Program-made: the position numbers and the translations under genes
Notes under the pieces: model-generated
Seen by the model: only the letters and a program-made list of their open reading frames with translations
Told to the model about the DNA's origin: nothing
The model's database searches: none
Part shown: piece after piece, positions 10,818 through 19,034 of the stretch
Numbering within the stretch: position 1 is the first letter of the stretch
How the letters are laid out: each line of letters begins with the position of its first letter
Source: Rebecca billardiae RCC1528
Taxonomy: Eukaryota; Protista; Haptophyta
Assembly (NCBI GenBank): GCA_965240325.2
Contig: OZ251230.1
Location: 1,178,001 to 1,242,000 of the forward strand
Direction of reading: 5' to 3'
DNA: 64,000 bases

Positions 10818-11229
10818 TGTCGGGCTATCCGGACTCGCCGGATACCCGTGTGGCACCGAGCGCGAGTAGCTGCTCGACCGCTGCTTAAGCGCGAGGTGAG
10901 TAATCACTACAAGCTGGTGATTACACCTTTCGTCAAGGATACGTTTCATTCCTTCCACAGTCCACTCCAATAGTCGCTCATTAACTACTACCGTATGCGA
11001 TGCTCTACCCGCTTACCGGGGCGACGCAGATACATACGGAGATCGTGGCTTCCACACGCCACGTTGCCGATGTTAAACCGTTTTGAAGCTGCCTGATCGG
11101 TGCTGAGCCAGACCAGCCAGCCGGAGGCGAGGTTCGGGGCTCATCCTCTGGTTGCCCCCCAGTCGGCCAGGGCCCATTGCTGTAGGCAGAAGCCACACGC
11201 CTTCGTTTCGAGAGCCCTAATGTCTCAGA
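10818..11229 (+). repeat. 3' LTR (412 bp)
   Basis: Matches the 5' LTR except a 7-bp insertion (AGTCCAC) and a 3-bp deletion seen by eye. Confidence 0.95.
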
Positions 11230-11473
11230 ATAGTATTAATTGATTGATATATATATACTATATATGATGCATGGCTAGTAATTCAGGCGGCGGATATATA
11301 TACTACTATGATGCATGGCTATAGAGTATAGTAATGGCAGGCGGCGGCGGATGACTGCTGAGCAGATAAGTATATATATCATCTGCATCATGAGACTACG
11401 ACAAGGGCACTGATGATGCCGATGGGGCGCGGCGGAGTCTCGTCTTATTATCATCATCACTCATGATGAAGCC

Positions 11474-14400
11474 TCAGCAGTCGTCGCCGTAGACCACCTG
11501 CGTGCGAACGTGACGAGGCTGGCTGCCTGGCGGCGGTGATTCGATGGTCGTCCCTGCTGTCGTGCCTGCTGTCAAGCGCAGGCTGCGGCGGCGCTCGGGT
11601 AGCGTGGCTGCGCTCGCCCTCGGCACTGCTCGCGCTGCGCCATCTCGCGCTTCGGTGGCTGAGGGCGGCTCCGGCTGCTCCGGCTGCTCCGGCGGCGTGG
11701 CAGACGCGGCAGCGCGCGCCGCGGCTGCGCCACACGCTGGCAGCGCGCTCCCAGCCGGCTCCGCAGCCGCGCGCTCGGCCGGCTCGAGCGGCTGCTGCTC
11801 GGGCTCCGAGTCGGAGGAGGGCTCTGCCTCGGGGTCGGACGGGTTGTCCAGTGCATAGTGCTTGAGGCAGTGCGCCCTGCCCAGCCGTGCGTTGGCCGGC
11901 TTGGCGCGCTTCTGCCCACGGCCGCCGTCGTGCGCACCCTCCGGCACGGCCGCGTCATCTGCGCGGGCGCCCTTGCGCCCGCGGCTGGCAGCGCGCTTGC
12001 CGCGCGCGCCACGCCCGCCGCCGGGCTCCGCGCCGAGGTCCGGCTGCGCATCGCCGCCCTCGTCGGGCCGCCCGGCGCAGCGTGCGAGCACCTCCGCCAT
12101 CTCGAGATGCGGGTACGTGCACTCGTCGCCGCGCGCGCAGCTGCCGTGCTGCGCGTAGCTGTAGCAGTAGGCGAAGGGAGGCTTGGCGTGCGCGAGGGAG
12201 CAGCCTGCGCGCGTGCACCGGCCGAACTGCACGAAGCGGGGGCACAGCTTCAGGCCGCGCTGCTCGCGCTTGCTGGGCGGGGCGGGCCGCGCGCCGCGCC
12301 GCGCGCGCTCCTGCCCAGCCTGCGCGCCGCCGCCGTCGGCGCCGGCCGCGGGCGCGCTGCTGGCCGCACCGCTGTCCAGCGCGCCCGCCTGCTGCGCAGG
12401 CGTGGGCGTGCGCCGCACGCGCCGCCCGGTCGGCTGCGCGTGCGCGTCCGCCTCGGCGGCGTGGGGTGCCGCTCGCGAGGGGCTGCGGCCACCACCACGC
12501 TGGCCCGCACCAGCCTTGGCGGGCGAGGCTGGGGCGGCGGCGCCTGCCGCCCCGGCCGCCGCCGCCGCTGCCGCCGCCCCGCGCCGCGCCCCCGCGCGCG
12601 GCGCAGCGGCCGCGGCGCTCGACGCCCCGTGCGGTGCCGCCGGTGTGCGCGTGTGCTCAGGCGCGTGCGTGTACGGGATGCGCGCGCCCTCGGGCCCATG
12701 CGCACCGCCGGGCGGCGGGAGGGACCACGCGGGCAGGTTGAAGTCGAGCCGCGAGCCGTCCGTCGCGCCCGCGCCGTGCAGCAGCGGAGCAAGGCTCACG
12801 ACTTGGCCGTCGCACGCGGCGGGCGCTGCCGTGCTCGCCGGCGCCGGCTGCGCGCTCGGCACGGCGCCCGGCGCGGCGCACGTCTCGTCCGCGCGGCGCA
12901 GCACGCACGCGTCGCCCTCGCCCCTCGCCGGGAGCACCAGCAGGTAGTGCCCGGCCTCGAGCCCCTGCAGCGAGCGCAGGAGCGCGCCGAGCGCACGCAG
13001 CGCGGGCGCGGGCTCAAACGCGGCGCTCGGTGCCTGGAAGTGTGAGGCTGGGAGTGTCTCCGTGCAGAGCAGCTCGCCCGTGCTCGCGCTCACGCGGCCG
13101 AGCAGCACGAGCGAGTGCGGCCGCAGCGCGCACGCCGCCCACATCGCGACGCACTCCTCCTCCGGGATCGTCTCCCACGCCGGCGTGCGCTGCTCCCGCT
13201 CGAGCGCCGCGCGCCGCCGCGCGCGCGAGACAGCGGGCTCGGGCGCCGCGCGCGCGGGCGGAGGCAGGAGGGCGGGCTGGAGGTGCTCGACCTTCACCCT
13301 GGGCGTGAGCACGCGCACCGCGCCGCTGTGCGGGTCGCGCTCGCACGCGCGCCGCTGCGTGCGCACGAGCATCGACTCGCCGCACAGCAGCCACTGCTCG
13401 TACACCAGGTTGTCAGCAGCGGCACTGAACGTGCCGCCAGGCGCCGCCGCCGCGCCTGCCGAGCCATCCAGGCCGGGGCCGGCCGCGGCCGGCGCCGAGC
13501 CGCCGCCCTCCCCTGCACGCTCCGCGCTGGCTCGCGCGCCGGCGGGCACGGCGCCGGGCACCGCGCTCGCCGCTGCGCGCACGAGGTGCTCCGGCGGCTC
13601 CGGCGGCCTCGCATCATCCGGCAGCAGGCTGTACTCGGCCGCGGCCGCGTCGCGCGCGCCGAGGTGCTGCGCGTCGGGAACGCTCGATGGGTGCGCGCGG
13701 CCGTGGCCGCCGTCGACGGCGGCGGCGCCGTCCGCCGCGCCGTGCGCTCCGGCGGCGCCGCCGCTGCCGCCGGCCGGCGCGTCGTCCGCCGGCGCCACGC
13801 CGCGCGCAGCCAGCCGCAGCAGCTCGCGCAAGCGCCACTTGCCCGCGGAGGCCTTCTGCTCGCGCGCCGTGTACGCGGGCCGCGGCAGCGGCTTGTCCAC
13901 GAGCACGGACAGGGGCGGCGGCTGCTGCTGCCGCGGCGAGCGCGGCTGGGGCTGCGCGGGCTGCAGCGCGCACACGCGGACTGGGAGGACGAGGGCGTCC
14001 GGCTGCTCGGCCGACGCGACACGCGGCTCGCCGCCGGCCTCCGCGCCCCCCTCCGCCGCCCTCCGCACCGCCGCCTGCACAGCCACAAGCAGCGCCCCAA
14101 ACGCGCTCGTGCATAGCAGCAGCCGCGCGCCCGTCGCGGCGCCCAGCCGCGCCGCCTCCGCGTCCTCCGAGATGAGCGGGCACCAGCGGGGCGTCGGCCA
14201 CGGCCGCGAGCTCGCGGCGCGACTGAGCGCGTACAGCTCGTCGTGCCCCGGCGTGCGCACGCACGGCACGCGCCCGAGCGCGCGCAGCGTCTGCACGTGA
14301 GCAAGGGGCGGCGGGCCGTGCGCGTCCGCGCCGTCCGCGGGGCGCGCGCACAGCGGGAGGCGCTCGCGCACGCGCACGTACGCGGCGGTCCGCCCATACC

Positions 14401-15259
14401 GCCCGAGCGCTCGCCACGCGCTCGCGCGCACGCGCGCCTCGAATGCGCCGCGCACCGCCGCCGGCAGCTCGCGGATGCTCTCGACCGGCGCGCGCGCGCG
14501 CAGCTCGGCCACGTAGTTCGCCTGTGCGCGCCGCACGCGCGCGGCGAGGTGGATGAGCCGCGCGTCGTCGGCGGCGGCCTCGTCCGCCTCGGCGTCCGGC
14601 GTGGGGCCGAGCGCGCCCGTCGCCTCCGCCGCCGCGGCGCGCGCCTGCAGCCGCAGCTGCTCCGACGTGCTCAGCGCCTGCCACGCCTCGTGCTCGGCGG
14701 AGCTCAGCGCCGGCGGCGCTGGCGCGGCGGCGGCGGCGGGGCTGACGGGGCTGACGGGGCTGTCGGGCCGACCGGCGGCAGGCGTCTCATCCAGCTCCAC
14801 GCGCGCGTCGTGCGCGTCCTCACCGGTGGCCATCGTCGCTGATGCGGGCGCACCGACGTGCACACCGGCGACCTGCCTGCCGCGCGAGTCGTGCACACCC
14901 ACCACGGCGGCGCTGGCGCCGCCGGTGGGGATGGCTCGGAGGCTGGCCGCCGGGGCGTGCGTGGTGACAAAGTCACCCGTGTGCACATCTGCCACCAATG
15001 CCGCCGCGGGCGCGCGCGACGTGACGCGCTCAGCCACGCGCGCGGGCGCCGCCGCCGTCAGGCCGTCATCGCCAGCATCCACCGTGTCGGCACACTCGAT
15101 GGAGTAGCGCTCGAACGCGTCCAGATCGCAGTCATATGGCGCCGCTGGGGCGGGGATGGCGCCAAAGGCGTCCGTCAGCGGCTCGATGAGCGGCATGAGT
15201 GCGTCCACGCGCGTGAAGGCCAGGCGTAGCGCCTCCACGTGGGGCGCGGAGTCGGCCAT
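11474..15259 (-). CDS. ICE2/NARG2-like (little elongation complex subunit 2-like) protein with two C-terminal CCCH zinc fingers
   Basis: Segments LVLPVRV..VLVDKPLPRPAYTARE and NLVYEQWLLCGESMLVR..VKVEH..EEECVAMWAACALRPHSLVLLGRVSASTGELL resemble ICE2 and the NARG2_C domain. CCCH fingers are CPRFVQFGRCTRAGCSLAH and CYSYAQHGSCARGDECTYPH. The likely start is MADSAPH (15259); the frame is open to 15592. Confidence 0.72.
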   Translation of the reverse strand: MADSAPHVEALRLAFTRVDALMPLIEPLTDAFGAIPAPAAPYDCDLDAFERYSIECADTVDAGDDGLTAAAPARVAERVTSRAPAAALVADVHTGDFVTTHAPAASLRAIPTGGASAAVVGVHDSRGRQVAGVHVGAPASATMATGEDAHDARVELDETPAAGRPDSPVSPVSPAAAAAPAPPALSSAEHEAWQALSTSEQLRLQARAAAAEATGALGPTPDAEADEAAADDARLIHLAARVRRAQANYVAELRARAPVESIRELPAAVRGAFEARVRASAWRALGRYGRTAAYVRVRERLPLCARPADGADAHGPPPLAHVQTLRALGRVPCVRTPGHDELYALSRAASSRPWPTPRWCPLISEDAEAARLGAATGARLLLCTSAFGALLVAVQAAVRRAAEGGAEAGGEPRVASAEQPDALVLPVRVCALQPAQPQPRSPRQQQPPPLSVLVDKPLPRPAYTAREQKASAGKWRLRELLRLAARGVAPADDAPAGGSGGAAGAHGAADGAAAVDGGHGRAHPSSVPDAQHLGARDAAAAEYSLLPDDARPPEPPEHLVRAAASAVPGAVPAGARASAERAGEGGGSAPAAAGPGLDGSAGAAAAPGGTFSAAADNLVYEQWLLCGESMLVRTQRRACERDPHSGAVRVLTPRVKVEHLQPALLPPPARAAPEPAVSRARRRAALEREQRTPAWETIPEEECVAMWAACALRPHSLVLLGRVSASTGELLCTETLPASHFQAPSAAFEPAPALRALGALLRSLQGLEAGHYLLVLPARGEGDACVLRRADETCAAPGAVPSAQPAPASTAAPAACDGQVVSLAPLLHGAGATDGSRLDFNLPAWSLPPPGGAHGPEGARIPYTHAPEHTRTPAAPHGASSAAAAAPRAGARRGAAAAAAAAGAAGAAAPASPAKAGAGQRGGGRSPSRAAPHAAEADAHAQPTGRRVRRTPTPAQQAGALDSGAASSAPAAGADGGGAQAGQERARRGARPAPPSKREQRGLKLCPRFVQFGRCTRAGCSLAHAKPPFAYCYSYAQHGSCARGDECTYPHLEMAEVLARCAGRPDEGGDAQPDLGAEPGGGRGARGKRAASRGRKGARADDAAVPEGAHDGGRGQKRAKPANARLGRAHCLKHYALDNPSDPEAEPSSDSEPEQQPLEPAERAAAEPAGSALPACGAAAARAAASATPPEQPEQPEPPSATEARDGAARAVPRASAATLPERRRSLRLTAGTTAGTTIESPPPGSQPRHVRTQVVYGDDC

Positions 15260-15795
15260 CGTGGATGCCTTCCTCCGGCGTCGAGGACAGTGCCGCGTGG
15301 GCGCGGCTGATCGAGCCTGCCCTGGCCCAGGCCGGTGCAGCCAACGGCCGAGCGAGCTCCGGAGTCCGGACCCACCCGCCCGTGATTCTCGAGTTCGGGA
15401 CAGACCAGGCCAGGATCCACGCCTGGGCGCGACTGAATAAAAAGTACCAAACTTCCCTCCCGCGAGCCCGATTTCGTTCTCCTGTCCTTCCGTGCGGCTC
15501 GATTCTTTCGATCTGCCTCCATACATGCGCCATACGATCTCGACGGGCACTGATGATATTCCCTCCCGCCTCATGAGATCAGACACAATCAAGGACGGCC
15601 TTCCGCTCCCACTTTTTATTAGAGAGCGCGCTCAGCGCGCCCGCGGCTCTCCGTACAGTATCTTCTAGAACTCTGTGGAAGCGCGTTCCCTTCGTCAACG
15701 CTTCCAGCTGCACCACGTGACATCGCGCCCGTCTTCGGCCGTCGTCTTGGACCCTGGACCGCAACGCCTACTCCGCGCACCGCCAGTCCGCTCCA

Positions 15796-17325
15796 ATGTG
15801 CCAGCAGGCCCCCAACGAGGACAACACACAGCCGCGCGCGGTCGTGGTGGTCGACCCGCTCTCCACCGGCGCGCTCATCGGCACCCGCGCGCAGGAGCGC
15901 GGCTACGCCGTGATCCGCGTCTGGTCGAGCGACTGCCCCGTGGAGCTGCGCACGCACACGGCGCCCGGCACCAAGGACTGCTTCGCGGCGACGGTGGTGC
16001 ACGAGGGCAGCACGGCGGCGGGGGCGAGCGCGCTCGAGACCACTGCGGCCAAGCTCCGCGCCCTCCCCTTCTCCATCGTCGCCATCCTCTGCGGCGCCGA
16101 GCCGGGCGTCACCCTGACCGACTCGCTCGCCGAGCACATGTGCCTGCGCGGCAACGGGACGGCACTCGCGCACGTGCGGCGAAACAAGTTCAACCAGAGC
16201 GAGGCGGTGCGGTCGAGCGGGCTGCGCGCGGTGAAGCAGATCCTCGCCGCGAGCGTCGCCGAGGCGTCCGCCTTCCTCGCGGAGCTCCGGCCCTCGCCGT
16301 TCCGCTGCATCGTCAAGCCGGTCGAGAGCGCCGGCTCGGAGGACGTGAAGCTGTGCCGCTCGGAGGAGGAGGCGTACGAGCACGTGCGCGCGACGCTGGG
16401 CAAGATGAACGCGCTCGGCGTGCGCAACGACGCCGTGCTCGTGCAGGAGTTCCTCGCCGGCACCGAGTACATCGTCGACTTTGTGAGCTGCGCGGGCGTG
16501 CACAAGTGCGTCGCGGTGTGGGAGTATGACAAGCGCCCGCTCAACGGCGGCTCGTTCGTGTACTTCGGGCAGCGCCCGCTGAGCGAGGAGTCGGCGCTGG
16601 CTCGCACGATCGCCGCGTACACCGCGGGCGTGCTCGACGCGCTCGCCATCTCCAACGGCGCCACCCACTCCGAGGTGATTGTCGACGCGTCCGGCACGCC
16701 CTGCCTGGTCGAGTGCAACTGCCGCACGCACGGCGGCAACGGCGAGTTCGAGCCGATCGCGCACGCGCTGCTCGGGTACACGCAGGTGAGCGCGCTGCTG
16801 GACGCGTTCCTCGACCCGCCCGCCTTCGACGCGCTCCCGCCGCTGCCGCCCAAGTTCTCGGGCTACGGCATCCTCGCCTTCCTCGCCTCGTACAAGGAAG
16901 GCGTGTTGGCGGCAGCGCCGGGCGTCGAGCGCGCGCGGCGCGCGCTGCGCTCGGCGACGCGCGTCGAGCTCGAGACGGCGATTGGGGAGCGCGTGGTGAA
17001 GACGGTGAACGTGTTCACGGAGCTCGGCATCGCGCACCTCGTCCACGACGACGCGCGCGTCGTCGAGGACGACTACGCCGCGCTGCACGAGCTGTGCGCG
17101 CAGGACGACTTTGTGACCGTGCGCGCGGACGAGGGCGGCGCGGAGGACGCGAGCTGCGGCACGAGCAGCGGCGACGAGGAGGCGGCGTGGGGCGCGGGCG
17201 AGCGCGACGAGGCGCGCGAGGCGTGCGCGGACGCCGCGGCGAGGCCGTCGTGCGGCGCCGACGCGGCGGATGCGGCCGCCGCCGACCTGATCGCCCCTGA
17301 GTGCGCGACGGCCACGGCGCACTGA
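15796..17325 (+). CDS. ATP-grasp ligase (L-amino-acid ligase / DdaF-NikS / carnosine-synthase-like family)
   Basis: Motifs VVVDPLSTG, GAEPGV, RRNKF, CIVKPVESAGS, VLVQEFLAGTEY, GATHSEV, LVECNCRTHGG. Strong GC3 codon bias. Intronless. Confidence 0.88.
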   Translation: MCQQAPNEDNTQPRAVVVVDPLSTGALIGTRAQERGYAVIRVWSSDCPVELRTHTAPGTKDCFAATVVHEGSTAAGASALETTAAKLRALPFSIVAILCGAEPGVTLTDSLAEHMCLRGNGTALAHVRRNKFNQSEAVRSSGLRAVKQILAASVAEASAFLAELRPSPFRCIVKPVESAGSEDVKLCRSEEEAYEHVRATLGKMNALGVRNDAVLVQEFLAGTEYIVDFVSCAGVHKCVAVWEYDKRPLNGGSFVYFGQRPLSEESALARTIAAYTAGVLDALAISNGATHSEVIVDASGTPCLVECNCRTHGGNGEFEPIAHALLGYTQVSALLDAFLDPPAFDALPPLPPKFSGYGILAFLASYKEGVLAAAPGVERARRALRSATRVELETAIGERVVKTVNVFTELGIAHLVHDDARVVEDDYAALHELCAQDDFVTVRADEGGAEDASCGTSSGDEEAAWGAGERDEAREACADAAARPSCGADAADAAAADLIAPECATATAH

Positions 17326-17796
17326 GAGCGCGCTCGGTTCCCCCATCATGTCTGTCTGCCCTCAGCCAGCAGCGGTCTGCCGCCTCAGGCGGCTGCCCTC
17401 CCTCTGTCCACCCGTGTGGGCCTCCACGGCGAAAGCCGAGAGGCCCGGCCCACCGCCCACACCGGCGACCTCCTCGGGGTCGTCCCTGCCCGTCCTCGTC
17501 AGCACCACAGCGTCAAGTGAACCGTCCGGCAGCAGCGCTCGATGATTTCGATCGCCTCGCTGCGCAGTCCCGTCGCACGGCCGTGGCCGTCAGTGAGTCC
17601 AGTCCCAGAGTCATGCACGCACCGTAGACTTGCAAGTCTGCCAGCACCAACGCGGTGCATCCTGCCATCAGCGGTCAACCCCCTGGCCCGCCGTCGCCCG
17701 GCCTCGCGCGCGGTCGGGCGCGCAGTCGCAGTCGGTCTGAAGTGGAGGACTACGTCGGGCGGTCATTCGACACATATCACAAACATTGCTGGTGCC

Positions 17797-18916
17797 AAGG
17801 GAGGTCCGGGCCGGGAGCTCCCAGCGAGCGGCCAGCGCGACGTCACTGCAAAGTTTTCCCTTGAGCGCCGGGCGGCGGCGGCAGCGGCGAGGGCGAGTAC
17901 TCCGCTGGCGGGGCGCGCACGGGGCACAGCGCTGCGGGCGCGGATGTGCCCGCAGAGCCGGCGCGCGCGGACGGGCTGTTGCGGGAGAGCACTCGGCGCC
18001 CTCCTGCGCCGCGCGTCTTGCGCCACGCCTCTTTCGCCTCGGCTCAGGGCAGCGCGCACATGCGCGCCGCGTCAAGGCCAGCCTTGCCTGCGCCGCAGCC
18101 GACCGCGCGCGCGCCGTGCGCGGCGTGGTCGGGAAGGAACGAGCGCTGCTGCCGGGCGAGATGGCGACACCATGCGCGCACGCCATGCCGCCCCGCCACG
18201 CCTTGACGAGCGTGTCGTCGGTCCGTTTGCATGCCTCTTTGACTTGTCACAAATGGTGTGGCACGGCCGGCGCGGTCGTGACCCTTGTCGGGACGATCAT
18301 TGAGACGCAGAACAGTGCCAGACGGGCGCGCGGGCTACTCTTACATGGATATTCGTCACCGTGTGGTCAAGTAGAGGTGCTGGATGCGACGCTTTCCTCG
18401 CGCTGATGCTCTTTCATCATCTTCTTCGAGCTCAGGTCCGTGGCTTGGCACGACAAGTGATCAGCACTCGTCAACAGCTGTGCAGATCTATTGCCGTGCC
18501 CTTTCGCGGCATCACGGGGCGGCATGGCGTGCGCGCATGGTGTCGCCATCTCGCCCGGCAGCAGCGCTCGTTCCTTCCCGACCACGCCGCGCACGGCGCG
18601 CGCGCGGTCGGCTGCGGCGCAGGCAAGGCTGGCCTTGACGCGGCGCGCATGTGCGCGCTGCCCTGAGCCGAGGCGAAAGAGGCGTGGCGCAAGACGCGCG
18701 GCGCAGGAGGGCGCCGAGTGCTCTCCCGCAACAGCCCGTCCGCGCGCGCCGGCTCTGCGGGCACATCCGCGCCCGCAGCGCTGTGCCCCGTGCGCGCCCC
18801 GCCAGCGGAGTACTCGCCCTCGCCGCTGCCGCCGCCGCCCGGCGCTCAAGGGAAAACTTTGCAGTGATGACGTCGCGCTGGCCGCTCGCTGGGAGCTCCC
18901 GGCCCGGACCTCCCTT
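17797..18916. mobile_element. Non-autonomous Mutator-like element (MULE) with ~400-bp TIRs and 9-bp TSD
   Basis: Arms 17797-18195 and 18515-18916 are near-perfect inverted copies, with one 3-bp indel seen. GCTGGTGCC is duplicated at 17788-17796 and 18917-18925. The interior is 319 bp. Confidence 0.92.
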
Positions 18917-19034
18917 GCTGGTGCCGTGGCAAAATAATGTGCGGCTCACAACACGCGCCCAAAATCCAACGAGGCTGGCCGTTGGCCGCCCCGGCTGGTC
19001 GTCGCTCGTCGACGCGGGGCATTCAAGTTCCAGC

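Larger units (their letters stand above)
4240..11229 (+). mobile_element. Full-length Ty1/Copia LTR retrotransposon
   Basis: Two near-identical LTRs. PBS TGGTATCGGCGC at 4648. PPT GAGGAGGAG at 10809-10817. A single intact gag-PR-IN-RT-RH ORF in Copia domain order. Flanks are ATATT / ATAGT. Confidence 0.97.

Noticed and set aside
18651-19034. N-terminal extension of the MBD4-like ORF
   Set aside because: Lies mostly within the MULE TIR and starts at a non-ATG codon, so it is probably a fortuitous open frame.
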